Part shown: positions 49,963 through 64,000 of the stretch, piece by piece | Layout of the letters: each line of letters starts with the position of its first letter | How positions within the stretch are numbered: the first letter of the stretch is position 1 | Assembly: GCA_951406725.2 (NCBI GenBank) | Contig: OX597835.1 | Coordinates: 28,334,001 to 28,398,000 of the forward strand | Length of the DNA: 64,000 nucleotides | Origin: Octopus vulgaris | Taxonomy: Eukaryota | Reading direction: 5' to 3' | The notes under the pieces: model-generated | Databases searched by the model: none | What the model was told of the DNA's origin: nothing | Seen by the model: the letters and a program-made list of their open reading frames with translations, nothing else | Made by a program: the position numbers and the translations under genes

Positions 49963-50756
49963 TATTGGAATACGACTTTATTCTCCAGCGTATACTTCAT
50001 TTTAATGTGGTAGGGCGTAAATTTGAAAGAGATTTGGCAGCTATTTCTAGCACGTCTATTCACTTCTTAGAGATATGTTTGACTATTGCTGTTTAACCCC
50101 CGCCCGGCCATCCAACAAATAAGCGTCCCAACTATGACCGTCTCTTCTGTGTCCTTCCGTTATTAAGGGTGCGAGGGGAATTTGGCTGTTATTTCACCCA
50201 TGTCAAGCGACCACGTTAGAGACCTCCTCGTTGCTTCATAGCATTGTTATTTAACCACGGTTAGCCCTAAGCAAGCAGGCCTATGATCAAAGTCATTTAT
50301 TCCAACCATGACAGTTTCGCTAGTTTTTTTTCCTGGCATAATACACCGAGGACTACATCCTCAAATATGTCCTTTGTTTTTTTTAGACAGGAAGCTGTTA
50401 TATAAAGAAGTGGGGGTTTGGCTGCTATTTCTAGCCGGTCCAGAGACCACCTTGAGGCTCCGTCGATGTAAATAGATGTTGATGTAGATTTTTATTTATC
50501 TTTTCCAGACACCCACGCCCTCTATCCGTGACAGGTTGTAACTATTGTCTCCTCCCCCAACCCATCGATTCTTGTTTACCGCCTTTCTGCACACGTGACT
50601 ATATCAAACTGCCAACACACACACACATGCACATGTACACCTTACACCCACGCACTCACACACATACATGCATACATATACACATACACATATGTGTTCA
50701 CACGCGTACGCACGCACTTGAAGGTCATTCACAATCGACATTGAAACATCGATCAG

Positions 50757-52126
50757 CATCATCATCATCATCATCGTCATCGCCGCCGCCGCAGTCATCA
50801 CTACCATCATCGTCAGCATCATCATCATCACCGCCATCATCGTCATCATCATCATCATCATCATCGACATCATTGTCGACACTACCGCTGCCTCCACTTT
50901 CATCACCATCACCACCATCATCATCATCGTCATGCTCATGATCATCATCATCATCATCACCAACGCCACCACTCTCGCCTCCGTCTTACCTCCATCATCA
51001 TCATCACTATCATTGTCGTCGTCATCATCATGATCACGATCGCCGCCGCACCCCCCACCATCACCATCACGATTGCTAACAATTTTTGCTCCCCCCCCCC
51101 CCCAATCACTATAACCATTTCCACCATCAACAACAAAACACCACCACCACCACCACTCACCGCTACTGCCATTCCTGTAATCTCTACAATCACTGTTTAC
51201 TCTTGACACCACTTCCACTGCAACTGCTACCACAACAGCCAATACAACCACTTCTACCACCACCACTACCACCAACGCTACTGCAACCGCTACTGCTGCT
51301 GCCACTACTACTGCAACTACCACCGCTACTATCATTGTTGCAACCGCCACCACTACCACAATGAATACAAGTACTGCTACCACTACTACCACCACTACCA
51401 CCAATACAACTCCTCCTACCACTTCTACTACTACCACCGCTACTGCAATCTCATTACAACTACTAATTCCACCTCCAGTGCACCTGGTAACACCACAACC
51501 ACCCTCGCTGCTGCTGCTACTGCTACTACCATTACTACAACTACTACTACCTTCAAAAGTGCAACTATTCCCACCACCACAACTACTGCAGCCGCTACTA
51601 TCATTGTACTGCCTCATCAGTGTTCATCTCTCCTACTCCGACCTTCACTGCCTCAACGAGCCTGGGTAGGAGCTTCTAAATGGTCGCTCGAACGGCCAGA
51701 AATAGCAGCCAAATCATAATCAAATCAGTCTTTTTTCTTTTAATGGAGTAAAACATATTCGATACAAACAGTCTGAAAATAAAAATAAATGGTGTGATCA
51801 CTTTTGGAATGTCTTTGAGTAACATTACCCTTAGGTAGGTGCAGGCGTGGTTGTGTGGTAAGAAGCTTGCTTCGCAACTGTTTGGTTCCGGGTTCAGTCC
51901 CACTGCGTGGCACTCTGGGCAAGTATCTTCTACTATAGCTTCAGGCAGACCAAAACCTTGTGAGTGGATTTGGTTGAGGGAAAGTGAAAGAAGCCCGTCG
52001 AATACATAGACACATATATAAATATGTGTGTATGTGTATATATAAACATATATATATATATATATAATATATCTATGTATATATATATATATATATATAA
52101 ATGTACATATATATATAGAGAGAGAC

Positions 52127-52175
<49 letters not shown>

Positions 52176-52535
52176 TATATATATATGCAAGTAAAAATAT
52201 ATGTATGTATATCTTTATAAATATATATATATATAAATATATATGTATATATATATACATATATGTATATATATATATGTTTATATATATGTGTATATAT
52301 AAAAATATGTGTATATATAAATATATGTATGTATATATACATGTAAATATATATAAACATATGTATATATATAAATATATATATATGTACATATATATAT
52401 ATATTTATAAATATATATATATATGTACATATATATATATATATATATTTATAAATATGTATATATATATGTATATATACATGTATATATAAATATATGT
52501 ATATATATATATATATACATACATGTATATATAAA

Positions 52536-52593
<58 letters not shown>

Positions 52594-52937
52594 TACATTG
52601 TGTGTATGTGTAAGTATAAATATATTATATATGTAAATTATATATATAAGGAACACACCCAACACATACATATTCATATGCACTATGCATATATGCACGC
52701 GCGTGTGTAAATATATATATACATGTTCTTGTCCCTGTTGCCATAGTTACTACTACTACTTTTACTACAATGAATACAGACAACTGTTACCTCCACCACT
52801 GCTGCTATTGTTACACCTATCAACAAAATAACATTACAAACTCGAATGTCAGTGTTAACAGGTTTGAGGTGAATCAGAGCGTGGCAAGTATGGTACCCCC
52901 AAAGCATCACTCTTGGTTCCACCATTACTACTACTAC

Positions 52938-53035
<98 letters not shown>

Positions 53036-53135
53036 AACTAAGGATCCTCCGTCAATATTCGACAAAGAGAGGAGCAGACTCGTTATCTCAGCTAATGCAA
53101 TTTTCCGAGCAGTTTGTGAGTGAGAGAGAGGGAGG

Positions 53136-53229
<94 letters not shown>

Positions 53230-54977
53230 TGGACAATTGTAATACGGGTGCAATCCACCCGATGACATGCTTGTTTCTACTCCTTTTCACTCACAAGGCT
53301 TGGGTGGTTGTCCTGAAACTGTTATGATGATGGCGATGATGATGATGATGATGATGATGACGATGACGGTGGTGACAATGATGATTATGACGATGATGAT
53401 GGGATGATGATGATGATGATGATGACGGTGATGATGGTGATGAGAATGATAATGATGACGATGATGATGGGATGATGATGATGCTGATGAGGATGGTGAT
53501 GATGTTGTAGATGATAATGATGATGGTAATGATGATGATGGTGATAATGATAGTGATGATGGTGGTGGTGGTGGTGGTGATTATTGAAATGATGATAACG
53601 ATGATCATGTTTCTAATTTCGGCGCAAAGCCAGCAAGCCTGAGCGAAGGGGTGAAAGCCAATTACATCGACCCTGGCGCTCAACAGGCATTTATTTTATC
53701 AACCCCTGAATGATAAAAGACAAAAGTCGACCTCGGCAGGATTTGAACTCAGTACGTAAAAAGCAAGAAGAAATGGTAAGCATTTTGTTTGATGCGCTAA
53801 CAATTCGGCCAGCTCGCCTCCTTCACAAATAGTCTCACAATTTGCCAGAAGATCAGCAAATTTTAAGGGGAGGGGGTAAGTTCATTATATCGACCGACGC
53901 ACTGGCCTGGTACTTTATTTTATCTCTGCTGATTTGACGAACTGCAAAGTTGACTTTGGTTTAATTTGAACTCAGAACGTAAAGAACCAGAAGAAATACC
54001 GCTTAGCACTTTGTTCGACGCACTAACGGTTATGTCACTTTGTTGCCTTAAAAGAATTAGTTCCCTTCCCAAGGATAAAAATACAACAAAAAAAAAAAAA
54101 AAGGAAATGGTTTCGAAAATATTTAAAAAAAAAATTTCTTCAAGATGGCAAATAGTAAGATCGAACCTGGGACATCAAGGTTGTAAAGAGAAGTTCTTAA
54201 CTGCTAGCCATGCCTGTGTCTACCACCGTCTATTTTTATTTCTATAATCATCACTACTACAACTACTAGCATCCACCACCACCGCCACCACCACCACAGC
54301 CGCTGCCACCCTGCATCGCCGCCGCCGTCACTACCATCACCCTCATCATCATCACGAGGCATACCACCACCACCACCATCATCACCACCACTACCACAAC
54401 CATCACCACGTTGCCTATTGGTCCCATGATCAAAACCACCACCGATAAACCACTACTACCACCACCTCGACAACTACTACTACCACCACCACTACCACTG
54501 CAACCGCTACTTGCATCCCTGCTACTGTAACCGCTACTACCACAATCCCTTCAACAACTGCTACCACGACTACTGCAACCGCTACTGCAACTACCACTAC
54601 CCTAGTCACATGAACAACTTGTAGTACCACCACCACCAGCACTACCACTACAAGCGCTACTACAACGGTGACTACAATAACTGCAACCACCACTACCACA
54701 TTTACATCAAGCACTTTTAGCACCACTACCACCGCAACAACTACTACAACGTCCAGTATAACCACTACTACAAACGTTAGTCCCATGACTGTCACCACCA
54801 CTACTACCACCACCACTGCTGCAACTACTACAATAACTACTACAACCGTCACCACCACCACCACCACAAACACTACACCCATCACCATTCCGTTCAATAA
54901 CTCCATGATCGCCACCACCACAACCACAACCACAACCACTACCACTACTACAACTGCTGTTGCAGCTACTACTACTG

Positions 54978-55008
<31 letters not shown>

Positions 55009-55669
55009 CACTACCACTACCACCACCACCACCACCACCACTACCATTATTACTAGTGTGACCTCATGGGAGGAGGTGCGAAATAATGGCCTCAGTCTGC
55101 TAAAAATAGTAACCAACTCTGTCTGAAATCGTATAGACTATCATCTTTAAAATCTTTGAAGGACAACAGACTGCGTCTGAAGGACGCTGTTATCATCCAG
55201 TGACGTCCTTGAGACAAGGGGTCAGGGTCGGGGTTGGGGAAAACAACAAAATGAAAATAAAGAAAAGAAAAATAGACAGATGGTAGGTTGGTCATAGTTG
55301 TTGGAACGCCTTTGCCACGGAGGTCTCCTGGAGCAGGGTTCACCTTGGGTCATTTACTTCAACCACAAATAGTAACATCACCATTGCTACCTGCAGCAGC
55401 AGCAAAAGATATTACCATCACATCCAGTCCTGCCCACTATATCAGGCGAGCTGGCAGAATCGTTAGAGTGCTGGGCGAAATGCTTAGCGGTATTTCACCC
55501 GTCGCTACGTTCCGAGTTCAAATTCCGCCGATATCGACTTTACCTTTCATACTTTCGGGGGTCGATTAAATAAGTACCAGTTGTGCACTGGGGTCATGTA
55601 ATCGACTTAATCCCTTTGTCCTTGTTTGTCCCCTCTATGTTTAGCCCCCTGTGGGCAATAAAGAAATAA

Positions 55670-55700
<31 letters not shown>

Positions 55701-55863
55701 GGCGCAGAAGTGGCTGTGTGGTAAGTAGCTTGCTAACCAACCACATGGTTCCGAGTTCAGTCCCACTGCGTGGCACCTTAGGCAAGTGTCTTCTGCTATA
55801 GCCTCGGGCCGACCAAAGCCTTGTGAGTGGATCTGGTAGACGGAAACTGAAAGAAGCTCGTCG

Positions 55864-55926
<63 letters not shown>

Positions 55927-56542
55927 TTGTGTGTCTATGTTTGTCCCCTCAACATCACTTGACAACCGATGCTGGTGTGTTTACGTCCCTGTCACCTAGC
56001 GGTTCGGCAAGAGAGACCGATAGAATAAGTACTAGGCTTACAAAGAATAAGTCCTGGGGTAGATTTGCTCGACTAAAGGCGGTGCTCCAGCATGGCCGCA
56101 ATCAAATGACTGAAACAAATAAAAGAATTATAATAATAATAATAATAACTATTATTATTATTATTATAAATGCGATGAGCTGGCAGAATCGTTAGCATGA
56201 CGGACGAAATGCTTAGCGGCATTTCGCCCACTTTGACCTTCTGAGTTCAAATTCCGCCGAGGTCGACTTTGCCTGTCTTCCTTTCGGGGTCAATAAATCA
56301 AGTATCGGTGAAACACTGGGATCGATGTAATCGATTATTCCCCTCCACCCTACAAAAAATTTCAGGCCTTGTGCCTTTAGTAGAAAGGATTGTTATATTT
56401 TCTTCTGTTTCTGATAACTACCACCCCAACCACCGCCACTACCACAACTACTGTGACTTCCACTATGATTCTAATCGTCACCATTACCATTATCGCCATT
56501 ACCACCACCACCACCACCACCACCACCACCACCACCACCACC

Positions 56543-56573
<31 letters not shown>

Positions 56574-57620
56574 CCACCACCACCACCTCAATCACCACCG
56601 CAACCCCGCCACCGCCACCATCGGCTCAACTGCAGCTAGAGCTATAACCACAGCAACGACCACAACATCCACCACTACAACCACAAAGATCTGTATCACC
56701 ACCACCACCACTACAACAACCACCACCATCACTAAGCCCATCGCTACCACCACCACCACTACAACAACACCAACCACAACCACCACCATTACTAAGCCCA
56801 TCGCTACCATCACCACCAAGATCATTGCTATTCTATAAAATGGATAAATCGATTCTAGCGGCGTGTGTCCCTGCTGTTTGATCGACAGAACAGTCTTTAT
56901 TTGTTGCATTAGCGAGTAAGTGGCTGAGTATCCTGCAGACATGTACGTAGGCATTACTCTCCAAGAAATGAATGCAAAACAGCATGTGACAAAGTTGGGC
57001 CTTTAAATTACAGATACAATCCACCTGAAGGGCTTCGATGCCCCCAATTTCCCCGAAATGCCCCGCAGCAGGATTGAAACCGACACTTCGTGGGTGCGAA
57101 GTGTGTTTCTAAAACATTCAGCAATACCTGCTACTGATATAGCAATCACAACGGTTGCTTATGGCTGCGGTGGTGGTGGCGGTCATGGTAGGAGTCGTTG
57201 TGGTGGTGGTGGTGATGGTGGGGTTGTGGTAATGGTGGTGATATGGTAGTGGTGGTAGTGGCTGCGGTGGTGGTTGTGATGGTATTAGTGTTGGTGGGGG
57301 TGATGGTAGTGGTAGCGGTGGTGGTGATAGTGTTAGTGGCGGTAGTAGTGGTGTTGGTGGGGGGTACTTGCAACTCTTGCGCAACAACCGGAAGGGACAA
57401 TCATGCATGGATGTGGTAACAAACCCCATAGACTTCCCACCAACTCTCCTCTTTTCCGCACAACAGAGAGAGGGGGAGGCGTAGAGAAAGAGAGGGAAGC
57501 GTGGAGAGAGGGGGACGTGGAGAGAGAGAGGGAGGCGTGGAGAGAGAGCGGGAGGGAGGGGAGAGAGAGTGAGAAAGGATGAGGAGCAGAGAGAGAGGGA
57601 GATGGAGGGAGGGAGAGAAA
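50757..57620. repeat. Low-complexity zone: cryptic (CAT/CAC/TAC/CAA)n triplet blocks, (TA)n, (GA)n and (GAT)n, interspersed with SINEs
   Basis: Blocks at 50757-51600, 52010-52570, 52920-53035, 53120-53226, 53325-53608, 54250-55055, 56415-56820 and 57165-57620. Confidence 0.9.
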
Positions 57621-60149
57621 GACCCAGGAGTAATATAGATAAGAAACTCGAAAGGGAGCTGAACAGCAGAAAATCTACCGAGAAGAAATTCCCACCTCAC
57701 CCCTTTATGCAAGTGTTTCGGTCCTTAATAACTCCTTACTCTTTATGCGGGGCCCAACCACACCCAGATCATTACTCATGGACGCCCCACTCTACTGCTG
57801 CGTCCTGTCCTACAGTCTGCATTACAACTCTCCTAGGTGGTTAAGGAACCCCAGAGCAAATGTACCTTTGGCGTTGGTAACTAATTCAGTCTAAGACGCC
57901 AGTTGAAAGTAAGGTAAATCATACCTTCTGACATTCACTCCCGTTCTTCCTAGACCAGACCCAGTTGGAACATTTCTCAGCTGCTTCTGTCTTTACCTTA
58001 GGAGCCCTGCTTCTCTTTCCCCCAGAAATTGCTTACTGTCTCTTGAGATCACAGACAGATTTATCCACAACCTTCTCGCATTCATCTTAGATCAAAGAAC
58101 AGTTAAAATTATTCATATTCTGCATAAAGTTCCATTTAGTTATTCACGGCTGTTTATATACTGGTTTCAAATTTTGTCACATAGCCGGAAATTTCAGGGG
58201 AAGTGATTTAAGTCGATTAAATCGACCCCAGTGCTGAAATGGTACTTACTTTATCAACCCCGAAAGAATGAAAGGCAAAGTCGACCTCAGCGGGATTTGA
58301 ACTCAGGACGTAAAGACGGACGAAATACCGTTAAGCATTCTGTCACTTCATCGCCTCGACTGTCTATATGTTACCTTTACGATTTGAAAAATTCAGTCAA
58401 AAATGAAACATAATGCTAACTCAGCTAAGTTTACAGAACACAGTCGAACAGGAGTGGCTTTGTGGTAAGTAGCTTGTTTACCAACCACATGGTTCCGGGT
58501 TCAGTCCCACTGCGTGGCACCTTGGGCAAGTGTCTTCTACTATAGCCTCGGGCCAACCAAAGCCTTGTGAGAGGATTTGGTAGACGGAAACTGAAAGAAG
58601 CCTGTCATATATATGTATATATATATATATATGTGTGTGTATCTTTGTGTGTCTGTGTTTGTCCCCCTAGCATTGTTTGACAACCGATGCTAGTTTGTTT
58701 ATGTCCCCGTCACTTAGCGGTTCGGCAAAAGAGACCGACAGAATAAGTACTGAGCTTACAAAGAATAAATCCCGGGGTCGAGTTGCTGAAACAAGTAAAA
58801 GAGTAAAAAGAGAGAACAAATAAATTTTTATTAGAAACACCAGAACACTTCCACCTGGGCTCCATTGGTTGCACGCAAACTCTTCTGGGCGATAAATTGT
58901 GGATGTTTATCAACACCATGTATTTATTATGGATTTATGTATTTACTATTTATTATGAACACTCTGTAATCTATGAACATGACCACTCAGTATCTATTTA
59001 TGTTAATGTATGCAGCACAAACGAACTGATGTTATTTCTGCCCAAATTCAAAACATTGAAACAAACCATCAAGTGTATGTGCATTTGATCGATAGCGGAT
59101 ATCTGATTCGGGAGTTTCAGGGTTTTTAGGAGTGTTGAACCACCCCTTAACCACTATTGAATACAGATCTATTCTGACCTGTAGTTAACCCATAGCTAGC
59201 ACCCATGTTATGGTCCTAGCTATTAGTTAACTAGCATATATGATGACAATCCAGCTGAGTGCGGGAAGGCAGAATTATCCTTGGTTGGTGTCGAGACACG
59301 CAGTGAAACGACTGGGAGTGAACAGGACCTTTAGGGGGTGTGTCAGCACCTTTCTAGGGGTTTCACAAGATTACTGGTCATCACGCTTTGGCCTGTCAAT
59401 GGCTACTAATCACAGAAACTCGTAGAGTGGTATTCGTGTTGTACAAGCATTTATCTATAATCCAATGAGGTGCCGACGTCTCTTTGTGGTGACCACGTTC
59501 GTCATTCCACCCCCTGAAGAGTGGCGACATGTGTTGACCTAACCTGTTGAAAGCGCGCAGCAAGTTACAACTTTCAGCTGTCACACGTGCTTCAAGCCAC
59601 GCGGGACTGAATAAATCACCTGGGAGATCGAGTATGGAGGGTCAGAAATGCCATTGACAAAGGAAAAGCACAAGGAGACAGCAATGTATGTATGTATGTC
59701 TCTTCTATTTTTTAATTATTAGAAACCTTCCACTGAGGAGGGAGCCGGTTTCCAACAAAGATACTAGGCTCCATCTTTGGGATAGGTTAACAAATCCACA
59801 ATTGAAACTTGAGGAAATTCTTGCATATTTTTACTGTTCTACTCATAGATTGCACTTGTAATGGACGAATCAGCTGGTCGATTTCTCTTTCTGAAAATTC
59901 CAGTTTATTCAGATTCTCCTAACAAAACCTAGTGCTCCAATTATTATTGGTATGAATATGAATTCATAGTCTAAATATAGAAGCTGGAGGTTTCGAAGCA
60001 GTTATCCATAGATATCCTCTTTTTCTTTGATTTTCAAAGAGATATTTATTTGTATGGCGTGGGACAAGCCCGTTGTAGTTCAGGATTCCGACGCTAGAAC
60101 CCATTCAATGCAACTCTCTGGCATCAGTCTGCTGACCGGTGTCATAGTG

Positions 60150-61314
60150 TGAGGTCGTACAGCTACGTGGTGCGTATTTGTTTTGCAGTTCTTGTCCCCA
60201 GTTCATCAATTTTTACAATGGCTGAAACGAAGGATCATTGTGCTTCTGTGAAATTCTGTTTACTGCTGGGGAAAACGGTGACTGAAACAGCTGTCATGCT
60301 TGAAATAGCTTACAAGAATGCTACCGTGAGCAAAAGACAAGTTTACGAGAGGTTATTCAAGCTTTAGGAATGGTCACTTGTCGTTTGAAGACCAATCTCG
60401 TTCAGGACGACCGTCGACCTCCTGAACGAATGAAAACTCTTTTAATCTTTTACTTGTTTCAGTCATTTGACTGCGGCCATGCTGGAGCACCGCCTTTAGT
60501 CGAGCAAATCGACCCCAGGACTTATTCTTTGTAAGCCTAGTACTTATTCTATTGGTCTCTTTTGCCGAACCGCTAAGTTACGGGGACGTAAACACACCAA
60601 GCGATGTTGGGGGACACACAGACACACAAACATATACACACACATACATATATACGATGGGCTTCTTTCAGTTTCCGTCTACCAAATCCACTCACAAGGC
60701 TTTGGTCGGCCTGAGGCTATAGTAGAAGACACTTGCCCAAGGTGCCACGCAGTGGGACTGAACTCGGAACCATGTGGTTGGAAAGGAAGCTACTTACCAC
60801 ACAGCCACCCCTGCGCCTAAAGACCTCACGAAAATCCATGAATTGATCGTGGAGGGCAGTCGCCAAACAATTGACGAACTTCTTGATATGACTGGCGTGT
60901 CCTGAATTCCTGCCAACGAATTTTGAGCGAGGAATTACGAATGAAAAAAGTTGCAGCAAAATTTATGCCTTGATTGCTCACGGAAGATCAAAAGCAGTGA
61001 CGAATGAATGCATCTCGTGGACTGAAAGAACAGTTGCACGTTGATCCGAACCATTTATCGAAGGTCATCACTGGTGACGAAAGCTGGTGCTACGGAATTT
61101 GCAGATATGGAAGAGATGAGGAAAAAAGTGACGGAGGCGTTAAAAGGCATCATTTCGCACGAGTTTCAGTGCTGCTTCGAATAGTAGAAAACGCGCTTGG
61201 AATGATGCATTGCTTCAAATGGAGAATACTTTGAAGGCGATAAAAGTGTGAACATGTAAAACTAAGTGAATAAAATAATATTGCACAACTTCAGGTTTCT
61301 TATGGATACCCCTC

Positions 61315-61319
<5 letters not shown>
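60150..61319 (+). mobile_element. Internally deleted mariner element interrupted by a CORE SINE (60440-60818)
   Basis: MAE..HCASVKFC.LLGK.VTET..ML..AY, GRPST, VITGDESWCYG and CIASNGEYFEGD motifs; 3' TIR-like GGATACCCCTCG followed by (TA)n. Confidence 0.88.
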
Positions 61320-61352
<33 letters not shown>

Positions 61353-61380
61353 GTATATGTATATGTATATCTATCTATCT

Positions 61381-61413
<33 letters not shown>

Positions 61414-62128
61414 AAGAGAGAGGGGGAGAGGAGAGAAAGAGAGCCTTGCTAGCTAACGATTCTGCCAGCTCATCGACTTAATAGTAATGATGATGATGAT
61501 GGCGGTTTCAAAGATGAAAGATAAAGTCAAGATCGGCGGGATTTGAAATCAGAATGTAGAGCCGGAATATCACTAAGCATATTGTCCGACGCTCTTACGA
61601 TTCTGTCAGCTCATTGCCTTGGAGTAGTAAAAAATACTGGTTTTATATTTTGGTACCAAAAAAAAAAGAAGAAAAAAAAAAACTGTAAGTGGTAAGTCGA
61701 TTACATCAACTCCAGTACTTAAGTGTTATTTATTTTATCGACCCCAAAAAGAATGATAGGCAAAGTTGACCTCGGCGCGATTTGAACTCAGAACGTAAAA
61801 AGTCGGGAGATATGCCGCTGAGCATTTTGTCCAACATGATAACAATTCAGCCAACTCACCGGTTTGTAGTAGAGAAAAATAAAAGCGATAAATAGAAGCC
61901 ATTTTATTGATTTATTGAATTTCCTTCAGAGGGTAATCGATACTCGGAACATTTATTTAACAATACAACCCACGCAGTATATAGGATACATATCTTAATC
62001 AATACGCAAGAGAACAACTTCTTGGTAATAGTGAGACGAACTTTTGGAGGCAGCCTCGAAGATTGGCTAGAAATTGCAGTCAAATCTCCCTCAAACCACG
62101 TCCTACTCTCTTCAAGAAGAAAGAAAAC

Positions 62129-62567
62129 AGATCTTTTCAGTTTGAACAGCAGTTTTTAACATAATTTCTAGATAACTAAAAAATTTTAAACTTCGTATAC
62201 TGGTAGAATGTGTTTATAAAACATCTTTTTCTCTTGGCTTTATTGAGAAAATTCTATAGTTTGTAAGATATTTGTTGTGTTTTTTCTTCAATTTCTGCAA
62301 TTTCAACCAATCAATGACGTCCATTGAGGTAAAAAAACATTCTGCGCCGTATGAGTATGTCCCTCATTTAAGAAACAGATTGGGTTTATTTACATTTGTG
62401 AAGAAAAAAAGATACCCTTCCCCCACCCCTAACCCTAACACTAACACTAACTAACCCTAACCCTAAAACAGATTGAAATGGAATAGATCGATACTAGGGT
62501 CATAATTATGGGTGACAATTTCATATGACACCACTAGAAAAAACTGCCGTTCACACTGAAAAGATCC
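62129..62567 (-). mobile_element. GGATC-TIR telomere-repeat MITE, copy 4
   Basis: Perfect 8-bp TSD AAGAAAAC (62121-28, 62568-75); about six CCCTAA-like units. Confidence 0.9.
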
Positions 62568-62679
62568 AAGAAAACTTGTTAACGCATACGAGGAAATTTC
62601 AGGATCTCCTTGCCGTCGTCGTCATCATCATTAGCAGCAATAGCTTAGTTGTAACGTCAACATTTTTGTCCATGATTGC

Positions 62680-63610
62680 CATGGGTTAGACGGACAGATT
62701 TTACTTCGGCCAGATGTCCTTCCTGCCGTGGAGAATGGTCAGCGATACTCGCAGCAGCCAGCCACCCCAACCTTGCGGGGCTTCTTTCTCGGATAGGTCG
62801 TAGTTATTCCAGTTTTTCTAAGATAATCAGCAGTGAGGGGTCGGAGGACACTCGAGATCTCGACGGCGGCCCACACAAACTGATAGCGGCCGGTCAGGTT
62901 CCCATACTTTTATATCCATTTTCTCTTCTCTGCATTACGAATGGTGATACCCGGCTTTGCGGCCGATGCAGCCGGAGAATGTATCGCTGCTCATCGCGTC
63001 CTAGATTCGGGATCTGCCTCGCTCGCATACGAAGAGGGTTATTTCTATTTCTTTACTACCCACAAGGGGCTAAACACAGAGAGGACAAACAAGGACAGGC
63101 AAACGGATTAAGTCGATTATATCGACCCCAGTGTGTAACTGGTACTTAATTTATCGACCCCGAAAGGACAAAAGGCAAATTCAACCTCGGCGGAATTTGA
63201 ACTCAGAACGTAGCGGCAGACGAAATACGGCTATGCATTTCGCCCGGCGTGCTAATGTTTCTGCCAGCTCACCGCCTTAAGAGGGTTATTTTGTCGAAGC
63301 TCTTACCTTCCTAGCGGTCGAGTCCTACTGGCTCCAGTTGAGACAGGAAACTAGCTGCATTGAGATCCCTTCTACTTATATCATTCAGAGTGACGTGTCG
63401 GGAGATTAAGCTCGCGTTGTGGCCGAACGTTAATGGATGTAGGCCGAATTCACCGACTACTGCTCCGCAATGGTATTTGTGCGACCACTCCGATATGAGT
63501 GCACTCATCAACAAGAAGGATTCCAGTAGATGAGGAGGGCACCGAATTGTGCCATGCACCACTATTTGGTTGCGATGCAGAACAGAGGCAGGCGAGGCGG
63601 TGATAGTCTA
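62680..63610 (-). mobile_element. CRE-clade-like non-LTR retroelement remnant (zinc knuckle plus restriction-like endonuclease), split by a SINE
   Basis: Minus frames PNSGAW, HCG..GLHPL..RH.TLND..LEPVGLDR.EGK and AEKRK..KYGNL.GRYQF..AVE. SINE 63045-63278 has a 13-bp TSD AAGAGGGTTATTT. Confidence 0.65.
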
Positions 63611-64000
63611 AGGACTAGCCGGCAGTCCAAATTTTGCGTAACCCAGAATAATTATAAAATAGGAAGCAATGTAAAATATGAGTTGCTCTGTGGTAAGTAG
63701 CATACTAACCACATGGTTCCGGGTTCAGTCCCACTGTGTGGCACCTTGCTCAAGTGTCTTCTATAGCCTCGTGCTGACCAAAGCCTTCTAAGTGGATTTG
63801 GTAGACGGAAACTAAAAGAAGTCCGCCGTATATATATATATATAGGTGAGAAAGTTGGTGTGTGAAAGCACGTGGTTGAATATATAGAAAATAGTAAAAA
63901 GTGAAAAAACTACAGAAGGTTTGTTTTAGAAGGTTAAAAAATATATATTTGAGTCAATATGTCTGAAGAATGTTATAAATTTTTTTCATACAATGACATA

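Noticed and set aside
50604-56954. Thr/Val/His-rich ORFs resembling mucins
   Set aside because: Degenerate triplet repeats open in several frames and on both strands; no signal peptide, domain or convincing splice sites.
57720-59640. GC-richer stretches (57720-58110, 59240-59640) as exons
   Set aside because: No SLC7 or other recognisable protein motifs in the ORFs; probably old unclassified TE fragments.
62420-62470. CCCTAA run as a chromosome end or fusion scar
   Set aside because: It lies inside a TIR/TSD-bounded MITE and is present in all four copies.

Overview
AT-rich, repeat-saturated eukaryotic DNA. The SINE families and microsatellite load suggest an octopus or other coleoid cephalopod (inferred from sequence recognition, no database search). 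Only one host coding exon is supported: the first coding exon of an SLC7 L-type amino-acid transporter light chain (14350-14809, + strand). It ends in a phase-1 GT donor, and I could not recognise exon 2 in the remaining ~49 kb, so most of the window is probably one large intron. The rest is mobile DNA and simple repeats: three or four tRNA-derived SINE families; decayed CR1, RTE, R4-like, CRE-like, Tx1/L1-like and Penelope-like retroelements; mariner and pogo remnants; hAT, piggyBac, Merlin-like and foldback MITEs; a Helitron-like element; and long microsatellites. The most notable observations are: (1) a 4-copy MITE with 8-bp TSDs that carries variable (TTAGGG)n telomeric repeats; (2) SINE multimers with one recurrent junction, one of them bounded by a single 20-bp TSD; (3) hammerhead-like cores in Penelope-type remnants; (4) an exact 64-bp templated insertion matching sequence 4.1 kb away; (5) a large palindrome just upstream of the SLC7 exon. 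Repeat boundaries were read by eye and are approximate unless a TSD is quoted.
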